From positions 1-61,520 of the IMG/VR virus record IMGVR_UViG_3300036398_003753: a DNA stretch of 61,520 bases. One strand, written 5' to 3'. This document shows, in pieces, positions 36,162-45,269 of the stretch; position 1 is the first letter of the stretch; the number at the start of each line of letters is the position of its first letter. Position numbers and translations under genes: made by a program. The stretch is from a virus (lineage: Duplodnaviria; Caudoviricetes). The notes under the pieces are model-generated. The model was given only the letters and a program-made list of their open reading frames with translations. It searched no databases and was not told the origin of the DNA.

Positions 36162-39100
36162 ATGTCCCAAGAACTGTCTGACAAGATCCGTGCTGCTGCG
36201 CAGGCCAAGAACATTGATCCAGATGTGGCTTTGGCTATTGCAAGGGCGGAGAGTGCGCTCAAGCCCACGGCCAAGGCCAAGACGTCCACTGCGGGTGGAT
36301 TGTTTCAGGTGGTGGATGACACGTGGAAGGAGTTTGGTGGAAAGCCTGGCAAGAAGTTTGATGCGGATGAGAACATTCGTGTGGGCACGGATGTCATTGC
36401 AAAGAACGCGCAGACACTTAAGAGTTTCCTGAACCGCGATCCGCGGCCCGCGGAAATCTACGCAGCCCACTACTTCGGCCCCACTGGGGCGAAGAACTTT
36501 TTGTCTGCGGAGCCTGGCACGCCGATGGAGAAGATTTTTTCGGAAAAGGTGATCAGGGCCAATCCGAACTTAAAGGGCAAGACCTCTGATCAGGTGATGG
36601 CTCAACTGGAAACCAAGATGGGTGGACGCCCTGCTGCCCCCACTGTTTCACGTGAAACATCCGAGCCTCCCGCAAGAAAACCTCTGCCCCCTTCTTTGCC
36701 TCCAATGGCTGCCGCTCCGATGAAGGAGCAGGTTGCAAGTCTTGGCCCGGGCTACCAAGCAGCGCTGGCTCTGTCCTTCCTGTCGGACTCGGATGACAAG
36801 CCTGAGCGGGACGTGGAAAAGGAACCGGGGATCGCGGAGCAGTGGCTGGCGCAAACCGCAACGCGGCCCTCGGTCATGGCGCAGTTCACTGACCTGAGTA
36901 TCAAATCCCCGTTTGCCGAACCCCAGCAGCCTCAGATGCTGGCTGATGGCGGGGAGGTCAAGGAGCCTGGCTTGCTATCGGTGCCGACATATTCCAGGAC
37001 GGTGAGCTACGAAATGTACCCTGGGCAGGAAGGGCAGTTTGATCAACGCGACGCGGCCCGGCATATGCTGGCTTCTGGCACGTTGGCTCGCAAATATGGC
37101 CCCACTGCGGCGGAGATGATGGGCAAAATGCATGAGATCGGCACGTCGCCGCTCAAATTCCTGGGCTCCAAGCTGGGTATTTCCGAGATGCCAGTGGATT
37201 ATGAGCAGGATTTGCACAACAACCGCATCGGGATTGAGCTGGCCAGGCGCTCCAAGAGTCAAAAGGACTTGGAAGATTTGGTCCAACAGATGGCGGAGCA
37301 AGCTCGGGGTCAGCGCACAGAGGGAAAACCTTGGACAGGACGCCCTGTTCGCCGCGCGGACGGCGGTTCGGCAGAGCCAACCCCTGAGGAAATCGCTGCG
37401 GCAAGCCGTCCGGCCACTGTCAACCCCAATATTCAGCGCCAAGGCGAGGCTGCCAGGAGACTGGCAGCGATGCGGGACGTAAATACACTGCCCGATCCAC
37501 GTACCTATGCCGCTGTTTCCGGATTTTTGGGCCAAGCACCGGACGAAATGGGTTTTTCTGCCCTGCATCCGGACCGTGAGGGCATAAAAAGGGCGGGGCA
37601 AGCTGGTTTTGGCATTGGAACCGCGCTCCAAGTCGCTCCAATCGTGGGCGGAGCGATGAAATTGGCCAACATCGGACCGAGTTCCGGGGGTAGAACCACT
37701 GCGGCGCAACAATTAGGCGCTGTTCGCACGCGGGGCACGCCTCTTATGATGGGTTATGGGAACACGCGGGGCCCGGATGGGGCATTGCCTTCCATGAACC
37801 AGGCCGAACAGTACGTCAAAAACGAAATTGCCATAACTGGCGACCCAAAATTAAACGATTGGCTCTCAAATAGGGTGACGTCCTACCTGCGCCGGGATTT
37901 TGCCACTCCGGACGACCAGTTTGTCAAGGCTGCGGACGCCAATCAGCTGCTACATTTCGTAAATAAGCCAACAAAGCGCGTTGACTTGGACCCATATTAC
38001 GAAAGAATTGAAAACATGTCGGTTGACGTGGGCAGCTTGCCGTATGTGCGTAAAACTCAAGGTTTTAACCCACAGGGTGAGGCTACAACCGCATATGGCA
38101 AGCGGGTGGAAGACTTGACGGATGCCTCAGCGTGGCCCGTGGAGCTTCAAGACATAACCTCACCAGGGTTGATTCCTCCCAGCATGCGCAACATGGTAGA
38201 AACCAATCCATCAGCACGGTTGACGGAGCTTGGGACAAACATTGACGAGACGTTGCAGCTTGATCAGTTGGCAATCGATATGGACAAGATGCGCAGAATG
38301 CCTAAAACCTATTCTGTCTATTCCCAGCCCCCTGTAAAAGTTCCTGAGGAATACATGCTCACAGACGAAGCATTGACGGGGCTCACTCTTGCACAGGCAT
38401 CAAACCGGGTGGCAAAGTTTAAGAACTGGGAAGAACAGACCCGGCTTAATATGGCATCTAGGGCCCTCTTCGAGGACCCTTCTATCAGCCGGACGCCCGC
38501 AGGAGATAAAAGTGTTTGGGTGAATCCAGCAGATTTGCAGGAAAACCCAGCCATGCTTAAACTGGTTACCGATGTGGGCTGCGATGGCGGCTGGTGCACC
38601 AAAGGTGAAACCTATGCTCTGTCTTATGGTAGCGGAGAAAACCGTTTATCCATTTTGATGGACAGCAAGGCGCGCCCCCAGGCACAGATAACGATCACCA
38701 CCAAGCAGTACACCCCAGACGAGTTTATAGCGTCCATGGCAGATGATGAGGTCGTTGCGTTCCGGGCAAAATATCCTGATATTGCCGCGTATCAGACGGA
38801 TGCGATTGCTCGCACGCCAGAGTTCCGCCAGTGGCAGTCGATGAACCCGGACGGTCTTTCAATTACCGAAATCAAAGGCGTCAACAACCAGACGGATTTG
38901 ACAGACGCTCCGTACCTCAAGCAAGTTCAGCAACGAGTCAAGGATCTTGATTCTATGAATGGTTTGCAAAGTGTGGAGAACTTGGATGGAATCAACATGA
39001 CGGATCTGACTAGCCGGTTGTACGGCCATCCGTCTATTGCAAACCGACCCCGAGTCACGAAAGAGGACATGAAGTCAATTCTTGACGAAGCCGCTCGCCT

Positions 39101-39245
39101 TAACGGCGGCAGCCGTTATATTGAAAACGAGAAAAACAAAATTGATCCGCTTTTCCAGCAAGCTGCTGATAACATCCTGGGACCTGAAAAGCGCGCCACA
39201 GGTGGTATGGTAGAGCGCCGCTCGGACGATCGCAAATACCTGTAA
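36162..39245 (+). CDS. Multidomain protein: lytic transglycosylase, DUF6973-like module, PcfJ-like module, C-terminal tag
   Basis: ARAES...AGGLFQ...YAAHYFG (SLT); DAARH...HE...DLHNN.IG; GGWCTKG...EIKGVNN; modules bounded by ADGG/ATGG. Confidence 0.7.
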   Translation: MSQELSDKIRAAAQAKNIDPDVALAIARAESALKPTAKAKTSTAGGLFQVVDDTWKEFGGKPGKKFDADENIRVGTDVIAKNAQTLKSFLNRDPRPAEIYAAHYFGPTGAKNFLSAEPGTPMEKIFSEKVIRANPNLKGKTSDQVMAQLETKMGGRPAAPTVSRETSEPPARKPLPPSLPPMAAAPMKEQVASLGPGYQAALALSFLSDSDDKPERDVEKEPGIAEQWLAQTATRPSVMAQFTDLSIKSPFAEPQQPQMLADGGEVKEPGLLSVPTYSRTVSYEMYPGQEGQFDQRDAARHMLASGTLARKYGPTAAEMMGKMHEIGTSPLKFLGSKLGISEMPVDYEQDLHNNRIGIELARRSKSQKDLEDLVQQMAEQARGQRTEGKPWTGRPVRRADGGSAEPTPEEIAAASRPATVNPNIQRQGEAARRLAAMRDVNTLPDPRTYAAVSGFLGQAPDEMGFSALHPDREGIKRAGQAGFGIGTALQVAPIVGGAMKLANIGPSSGGRTTAAQQLGAVRTRGTPLMMGYGNTRGPDGALPSMNQAEQYVKNEIAITGDPKLNDWLSNRVTSYLRRDFATPDDQFVKAADANQLLHFVNKPTKRVDLDPYYERIENMSVDVGSLPYVRKTQGFNPQGEATTAYGKRVEDLTDASAWPVELQDITSPGLIPPSMRNMVETNPSARLTELGTNIDETLQLDQLAIDMDKMRRMPKTYSVYSQPPVKVPEEYMLTDEALTGLTLAQASNRVAKFKNWEEQTRLNMASRALFEDPSISRTPAGDKSVWVNPADLQENPAMLKLVTDVGCDGGWCTKGETYALSYGSGENRLSILMDSKARPQAQITITTKQYTPDEFIASMADDEVVAFRAKYPDIAAYQTDAIARTPEFRQWQSMNPDGLSITEIKGVNNQTDLTDAPYLKQVQQRVKDLDSMNGLQSVENLDGINMTDLTSRLYGHPSIANRPRVTKEDMKSILDEAARLNGGSRYIENEKNKIDPLFQQAADNILGPEKRATGGMVERRSDDRKYL
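36644..36659. promoter_or_regulatory. parS: Second perfect parS site, embedded in a CDS linker
   Basis: TGTTTCACGTGAAACA encoding (T)VSRET. Confidence 0.8.
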
Positions 39246-40040
39246 GGACGCCCCATGGCAACGTCGCCCGCAGAAAAATTCCTGGACCCCGACTCCCTTA
39301 TGGGGCTGATGAGGGAAGGCACAAATCCTAGAAGGATGGTTCCCCTTCAGCCGCAGGAAATGCCGTCCTCTGCGGCAGGCCTGCCCTCATTGCGGGTGTT
39401 TCAGGACCCGTCCCTTGCAAACACAAACACGCACGGGTACATCATGGGTGGTCCGCACCGTGGGGAAAACGAAATTAAAAACCGGGGCATGGCCCAGGCG
39501 GTTTTCGTAGGCAAGAAAGATGATCAGCCGACGATTGCCCACGAAGCAGAGCACTTGCTGGCACGCCAGAACCTTGGGCATCCGTCCAAGATCAATACCA
39601 AGTTTGATGAGCTGACAGGGGACAAAGGCCTTCGCGGGGTCTTCGTATCGGAGGCCATCAAGATAGCCCCTTATTTGCAGAAGAAGTACGGAATGGATTC
39701 CGGCTACTTCTCCAAGGAGATGGCGAATTTCCAAGGCTCGCGGGCCAGGAACCTGCTGTATGAGCAGCTGGCTGAACTGTCCGCGTTGGAGCAGATCCAC
39801 AAAGTAGACTTGACTAAGGACCCGGAGCTGCGCAAAACCCTGTTCAAGTCCCCCGCGGTCCGCGAAGCGTACAACGCAATCACTGGTCTACGGCAGACTC
39901 GACTGGACCCGCGCGACCTGCCCCCATATACTCGTCAACCTGAGCCCGGCGTAACAGATAAACTTAAAAAGCTGATGGGCTTTGCTGATGGCGGCGCTGT
40001 CGAGCGCCAGACGGCTGATCACCGCAAATACCTGTAAGGA
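39231..40040 (+). repeat. 18-bp direct repeat CGCAAATACCTGTAAGGA at 39231-39248 and 40023-40040
   Basis: Identical copies covering RKYL, the stop codon and the next RBS. Confidence 0.85.
39255..40037 (+). CDS. HExxH (zincin-like) protein with the same C-terminal tag as the upstream gene
   Basis: TIAHEAEHLL, downstream YEQLAE; ends FADGGAVERQTADHRKYL. Confidence 0.6.
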   Translation: MATSPAEKFLDPDSLMGLMREGTNPRRMVPLQPQEMPSSAAGLPSLRVFQDPSLANTNTHGYIMGGPHRGENEIKNRGMAQAVFVGKKDDQPTIAHEAEHLLARQNLGHPSKINTKFDELTGDKGLRGVFVSEAIKIAPYLQKKYGMDSGYFSKEMANFQGSRARNLLYEQLAELSALEQIHKVDLTKDPELRKTLFKSPAVREAYNAITGLRQTRLDPRDLPPYTRQPEPGVTDKLKKLMGFADGGAVERQTADHRKYL

Positions 40041-40046
40041 ACAAAG

Positions 40047-42461
40047 ATGCCAATCGAGAAAAACAACGACCTGCCTGCGGGCAATATGGATGTTGAAGTT
40101 GAGGATGTCGTAACAGAGGATCTGCCCGACATCGAAATCACCTTTGACCCCGAAGGTGGCGTTGAGGTAGCGCTGGGCGAAGAGGATGACGAGGTTCCGT
40201 TCGATGCCAACCTTGCCGAGGTCCTCGATCCGGGCGTCTTGCAGCAGATCAGCTCAGAGCTCATGCCCCTGTTTGAAGCAGACCAGTCTTCGCGCAAGGA
40301 TTGGGAAGAGCAGTACGGCAAGGGCCTCAAACTCTTGGGCTTTACGTTTGATGAGCGCACCAAGCCGTTCAAAGGCGCAGCCGCGGCCACCCATCCATTG
40401 CTGACTGAGGCGATCGTGCAGTTCCAGGCGCAGGCGCTCAAGGAATTGCTGCCTGCAGGCGGTCCTGTGCGCACACAAGTGCTGGGCAAGGAAACACGCG
40501 AGAAGTTGATGCAAGCCGATCGCGTGCGCGACTTCATGAACTACCAAATCACCACGGTGATGGAAGAGTACACGCCTGACTTTGATCAGCTCTTGTTCTA
40601 CGTGGGCTACGGCGGCTCTGCGTTCAAGAAAGTGTATTACGACGAGGACAAGGGCCGCATGGTCAGCAAGCTGATCCTGCCTGACAATCTGTACATCCCC
40701 TACAACGGTTCGAGCGTCATGAGCGAGTGCCCTCGCATCACGCACGTCGTGCCGATGACGGTGAATGACTACAACAAAGCCGTGCTGCGTGGCCAGTACC
40801 TGGACACCGCGCAAGAGCGCAGCACTGCTGACGTTGGCAACAACATCATCCAGAAAGAAACCGACCGCGTCACCAAGATCAGCCCCAACGCTGATGACGA
40901 GGAAATGGAACTGCTGGAGTTCCAAGTCGATTGGGATTTGCAGGGCTTCGAGCACACCAATGATGATGGCGAGCCCACAGGCATTCGACTGCCCTACATC
41001 ATCACTGTGGACAGAACCTCTGGCTCCACAGTGGGCGTGCGCCGCAACTGGAAGGAAGGCGACGAACTGTACCGCCGCAAGCAGTACTACGTGCACTACA
41101 CCCTCGTGCAAGGCCTGGGCGCGTATGGCTTGGGCTTCTTGCATTTGGTGGGCGGCCTCAGCCAATCCGCCACTTCCGCACTGCGCCAACTGATCGACGC
41201 AGGCACTCTGGTCAACCTGCCAGCGGGTTTCAAGGCCAAGGGCGCGCGCATCATGAACGACGATGTGCCGCTGCAGCCAGGCGAGTTCCGCGACATTGAC
41301 GCAGGTGGTGTGGAGTTGACTCAGACGCTGATGCCGCTGCCCTACAAGGAGCCAAGCCAGACTCTGTTCGCGCTGCTTGGTTTTTGTGCCGATGCGGGTC
41401 GCCGCTTGGCCAGTGTTACCGACATGCAGGTGGGCGACAGCAACCAAAACGCTGCTGTGGGCACAACGATCGCGTTGCTGGAAAAGGGCGGGCAGGTCAT
41501 GTCCGCGATCCACAAGCGCTTGCACTATGCGCAGAAGATCGAGTTCTCTCTGTTGGCCAAGGGCTTCTCCGAGAACCTGCCTGACGAGTACCCCTACGAC
41601 GTACCCGGCGAGAGCCGCACCGTCAAGCGCAAGGACTTCGATGACCGCATCGACGTACTGCCTGTTTCTGACCCCAACATTTTCTCTGTTGCTCAGCGCA
41701 TCACCATGGCGCAGACCCAGCTGCAACTGGCGCAGAGCAACCCCCAGATGCACAACATGTATGAGGCCTACCGCCGCATGTACGAAGCCATCGGGGTGCG
41801 GGATATTGACGGCATCCTGAACACGCAGAACGTGGACAAGCCAAAGGACCCTGCCAGCGAAAACTCGCAGGCATTGGACGGTTCGCCGCTCAAGGCCTTT
41901 GCTGGCCAGCAGCACGACGCCCACATCATGTCGCACCTGATGTTTGGCATGTCACCCATGCTGGCAAGCATGCCTCAGGTCGCTGTCAACCTGCAAAAGC
42001 ACATCTTCGAGCACATTCGCCTCAAGGCGGAAGAGGCTACCGAGGCAGAGTTGTTCCAGCAGTACGGCACAGACCCGGACAAGATCGTGTCTGCCCTGCA
42101 GCGCGAGGCGATGATCGCTATCAAGAGCACCGAGTTCTACCAAGAGGCCAAGCAAATGCAGACGCAGCTGGAAGGTCCTCCACCGGAAGATCCATTGGTC
42201 AAGGTCAAGGAGCAGGAAATCCAGGCCAAGGCCGCTGCCGATCAGGCCAAGGACCAAAACGAAAAAGCACGCATCCAACTGGACGGCATGCGTGTGCAGG
42301 GCGACCTTGCACTGGACCAGGCCAAGCTATCCCTGGATGCCCAAAAACTGCAGCAGCAAGGAGTCAAAGATGCAAGCCAAGCCAACCAAAACGCCCAAAA
42401 CGCCCGCCTCCAAGCGATTACCCGGGCCCAAAAAGGTGGCAACCCCAGCCGACAAACCTAA
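40047..42461 (+). CDS. Portal protein
   Basis: 804 aa; HPLLTEAIVQFQAQA, GSAFKKVYYD, NLPAGFKAKG; between terL and head genes. Confidence 0.88.
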   Translation: MPIEKNNDLPAGNMDVEVEDVVTEDLPDIEITFDPEGGVEVALGEEDDEVPFDANLAEVLDPGVLQQISSELMPLFEADQSSRKDWEEQYGKGLKLLGFTFDERTKPFKGAAAATHPLLTEAIVQFQAQALKELLPAGGPVRTQVLGKETREKLMQADRVRDFMNYQITTVMEEYTPDFDQLLFYVGYGGSAFKKVYYDEDKGRMVSKLILPDNLYIPYNGSSVMSECPRITHVVPMTVNDYNKAVLRGQYLDTAQERSTADVGNNIIQKETDRVTKISPNADDEEMELLEFQVDWDLQGFEHTNDDGEPTGIRLPYIITVDRTSGSTVGVRRNWKEGDELYRRKQYYVHYTLVQGLGAYGLGFLHLVGGLSQSATSALRQLIDAGTLVNLPAGFKAKGARIMNDDVPLQPGEFRDIDAGGVELTQTLMPLPYKEPSQTLFALLGFCADAGRRLASVTDMQVGDSNQNAAVGTTIALLEKGGQVMSAIHKRLHYAQKIEFSLLAKGFSENLPDEYPYDVPGESRTVKRKDFDDRIDVLPVSDPNIFSVAQRITMAQTQLQLAQSNPQMHNMYEAYRRMYEAIGVRDIDGILNTQNVDKPKDPASENSQALDGSPLKAFAGQQHDAHIMSHLMFGMSPMLASMPQVAVNLQKHIFEHIRLKAEEATEAELFQQYGTDPDKIVSALQREAMIAIKSTEFYQEAKQMQTQLEGPPPEDPLVKVKEQEIQAKAAADQAKDQNEKARIQLDGMRVQGDLALDQAKLSLDAQKLQQQGVKDASQANQNAQNARLQAITRAQKGGNPSRQT

Positions 42462-42513
42462 GAAAACGTATGTTTATCGCAAAGATGCGTTCAACAAGGT
42501 GTTGATTACGTAA
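42370..42513 (+). CDS. Small basic protein overlapping the portal 3' end
   Basis: AAGGAG RBS at 42358; MQAKPTKTPK...KVLIT. Confidence 0.45.
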   Translation: MQAKPTKTPKTPASKRLPGPKKVATPADKPKKTYVYRKDAFNKVLIT

Positions 42514-42583
42514 CTTTTTGTGCATAATGCACACACAGCCCTCGGACAGGGGCGTCTACCTGTCTGCTTCATTGGAGTGATCC

Positions 42584-42769
42584 ATGCTTGAGTTTGCCGA
42601 GAAAACGCTGATTGCTATCAAGGTACTTCGTCGCCATACGGAAGACATCTTGGTGAGCGGCAGCGTCAAGGACATGGAGCAGTATCGGTTCCTGATGGGA
42701 CGCCTTGAGGGTTACAAGTTTGTTGAGATGGAAGTACAAAACCTTCTTAGCAAAGACCAAGACCAATAA
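42584..42769 (+). CDS. Small hypothetical protein upstream of GroES
   Basis: GSVKDMEQYRFLMGRLEG; GGAG RBS. Confidence 0.75.
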   Translation: MLEFAEKTLIAIKVLRRHTEDILVSGSVKDMEQYRFLMGRLEGYKFVEMEVQNLLSKDQDQ

Positions 42770-42777
42770 GGAGCCCT

Positions 42778-43233
42778 ATGAGTGAAATGACTGCGCTAGA
42801 AAAGAAATGGGCGGAAGAAGCTGCCGCCCATGTACCTTCCCTGGACGATGCTTACGACAAAGAGGGCAGCCTCGTTGTCGAGAAGATCGAAGAGGCGGTA
42901 CTGGACCGAATTCCCCAACCTACTGGTTGGCGGATCGTCATCCTGCCCTACCGAGGGGCGGAGAAAACCAAAGGTGGCATCGTACTGTCCGAACAGACCC
43001 GCGCGCGCGAGCAAGCGTCGACTGTTTGCGGCTACGTGCTGTCTGTTGGCCCACTTGCCTACGCCGACGAGGGAAAATTCCCGACCGGGCCGTGGTGCAA
43101 GAAAGGTGATTGGATTGTCTTTGGCCGCTACGCAGGCGCACGCTTGCCGATCGACGAAGGCGAGATCCGAATCATCAACGATGACGAAGTGCTGGCCACA
43201 ATCCAGAACCCTGAAGACATTGTCCATCTGTGA
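42778..43233 (+). CDS. groES: GroES-like co-chaperonin
   Basis: PTGWRIVI...KTKGGIVL...VGP...KGDWIVFGRYAG...INDDEVLA. Confidence 0.92.
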   Translation: MSEMTALEKKWAEEAAAHVPSLDDAYDKEGSLVVEKIEEAVLDRIPQPTGWRIVILPYRGAEKTKGGIVLSEQTRAREQASTVCGYVLSVGPLAYADEGKFPTGPWCKKGDWIVFGRYAGARLPIDEGEIRIINDDEVLATIQNPEDIVHL

Positions 43234-43241
43234 GGTAACCC

Positions 43242-44171
43242 ATGGCAACTCTAATGAATGATGACCAGCTTGAATTCGATCTGGGTGCAGACGAAAAAGC
43301 GACAACGGTCGACGTAGGTGAAGAGCAGGACAAAGGCGAGCAGGAAGCTGCTCCCGCTCCTATTTTCCAGCAACAAGAAAAGCCTGAGCAGCCGTCTCAT
43401 GCAGACGAACTGGGTGCGGTCAACGAGGTGGTGCAAAAGCGCATTGCCAAACTGACAGCCAAGATGCGCGAGGCCGAGCGCCGCGAGCAGGCAGCCCTGG
43501 AATACGCCAAGGGTCTGCAGACCCAGGCCCAAACTCTTCAGCAGCGGTTGGTTCAAACCGACTATAGCCGCCTGAACGAAGCAAAGTCCCGCTTGGATAC
43601 GCAGCAAATCCAGCTGCGTCAGATCATCAAAAAGGCTCGCGAAGAAGGGGACATTGACACCGAGACGGAAGCACAAGAGCGCCTGTCCCAGTTGTCGATG
43701 GAGCAGCGCCAAGTCTCTGGCTGGCTTCAGCAGCAAGAAGAAGCAGTTCGCAACCCCGCGCCTGTGCAGCAGCCGCAGCAGCCCGCGCCACAGCGTGCTG
43801 CCCCTGATCCACGTGCAGAAACTTGGGCAGAGCAGAATCCTTGGTTTGGCCAGGATCGCATGCTGACCTATGCTGCATGGGGCATCCATCAAGAACTCAT
43901 CGAGAAGGAGGGTGTTGACCCTCAATCGGACGAGTACTATACTGAGCTAGATCGACGTCTTCGTGATGAATTCCCGAAGAAGTTCGCAGGTGAGCAATCA
44001 TCTAATCAACCTTCCAGACAACAGCGTTCCGCGCCTGCTGTTGCCCCTGCCGCCCGGAGTTCCGGGATTAATAGTGCGCGCCGAACTGTCCGGTTATCGC
44101 CGAGTCAGGTTGCTATTGCAAAGAAGCTGGGTGTACCTCTTGAAGAGTATGCCAAGTACGTAAAGGAGTAA
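43242..44171 (+). CDS. Capsid scaffolding protein
   Basis: Acidic coiled coil; W...NPWFG; C-terminal SQVAIAKKLGVPLEEYAK. Confidence 0.7.
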   Translation: MATLMNDDQLEFDLGADEKATTVDVGEEQDKGEQEAAPAPIFQQQEKPEQPSHADELGAVNEVVQKRIAKLTAKMREAERREQAALEYAKGLQTQAQTLQQRLVQTDYSRLNEAKSRLDTQQIQLRQIIKKAREEGDIDTETEAQERLSQLSMEQRQVSGWLQQQEEAVRNPAPVQQPQQPAPQRAAPDPRAETWAEQNPWFGQDRMLTYAAWGIHQELIEKEGVDPQSDEYYTELDRRLRDEFPKKFAGEQSSNQPSRQQRSAPAVAPAARSSGINSARRTVRLSPSQVAIAKKLGVPLEEYAKYVKE

Positions 44172-44174
44172 GTC

Positions 44175-44654
44175 ATGAGCGAAAAAATCACTATCGACCG
44201 CGCCAGCCGTACCGCCGAAAGCCGGGACAAAGAAGCACGTCGCAAGCCATGGCGTCCACCTTCACGTCTGGATGCACCACCTGCCCCCGAAGGGTTTAAG
44301 TACCGTTGGATTCGTGCAGAAATCAACGGAACTCTTGACAACCAGAACGTGTACAGCAAACTGCGTGAGGGCTACGAACTTGTTCGTCCCGAGAATATTC
44401 CTGAAGAATATCGCGCAACCCTGCCCACGATGGACGACGGCAAACATGCTGGCGTGATCTCTGTTGGTGGACTCTTGCTTGCCAAGATCCCTGAGGAGAC
44501 TGTCGAAGAGCGTAACGCTTATTACCGCCGTAGGGCACAGGAACAGTTGACGGCAGTGGACAACGAGATGCTGCGTGAGAATGCACACTCTTCAATGCGA
44601 ATCCAAACTCCCGAGCGGAGTTCGCGCACTACCTTCCGTCAGCCGCAAGGTTGA
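44175..44654 (+). CDS. Head-module protein
   Basis: WRPPSRLDAP...YRWIR...GGLLLAKIP. Confidence 0.7.
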   Translation: MSEKITIDRASRTAESRDKEARRKPWRPPSRLDAPPAPEGFKYRWIRAEINGTLDNQNVYSKLREGYELVRPENIPEEYRATLPTMDDGKHAGVISVGGLLLAKIPEETVEERNAYYRRRAQEQLTAVDNEMLRENAHSSMRIQTPERSSRTTFRQPQG

Positions 44655-44679
44655 TTTCTTAATCCTGTAGGAGATTCAA

Positions 44680-45267
44680 ATGGCAAACGTCAACAAGCCT
44701 TTTGGTCTGCGTCCGTCTGGCAACCTGTCCGCAACCGGTGCTCAAAAGCAATACGGTTACGAGATTGCCGACAACCAGGCCGGGGCCATTTTCCAAGGCG
44801 ACCTCGTTGTCTTGTTTGATGGCTATATCATCAAGTACGATGCATCCACGCACACCGCCCCCACAGGCGTGTTCAACGGCTGCCAGTACAACGACCCAAC
44901 TCGTGCCAACAAGCCGACTTGGAAAAACTACTACCCCGGTAGCATCAACGTCGAAATCGGCGCAATCTATTGCGAAGTTTTGGACGACCCTTCCCAGTTG
45001 TTCCTGGTGCAAGCTGATGAGGACATCGTTCAAGCCGACATCGGCAAAAACGCTGACCCAACCGCTTCCACTACTGGCAGCACAGTCAACGGCATCTCTA
45101 ACGGCACTTTGGACTCGTCCACAATCGCCAAGACCCAGGCCCTGACTTTCAAGATCGTTGGCCTCTACGCTGTTCCTGACAATGAGTTGGGCAACTATGC
45201 AGTGGTCGTTGTGAAACTCAATCAACACCAGTACGGTAGCGTCGGTGTTGCAGCAGACGGAGCTTAA
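44680..45267 (+). CDS. Putative capsid decoration / minor capsid protein
   Basis: MANVNKPFGLRP; immediately upstream of major capsid. Confidence 0.6.
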   Translation: MANVNKPFGLRPSGNLSATGAQKQYGYEIADNQAGAIFQGDLVVLFDGYIIKYDASTHTAPTGVFNGCQYNDPTRANKPTWKNYYPGSINVEIGAIYCEVLDDPSQLFLVQADEDIVQADIGKNADPTASTTGSTVNGISNGTLDSSTIAKTQALTFKIVGLYAVPDNELGNYAVVVVKLNQHQYGSVGVAADGA

Positions 45268-45269
45268 TC

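Noticed and set aside
40254-41936. 560-aa antisense ORF over portal, and similar ones over the helicase, polA and capsid genes
   Set aside because: Same codon-bias shadow effect opposite well-supported genes
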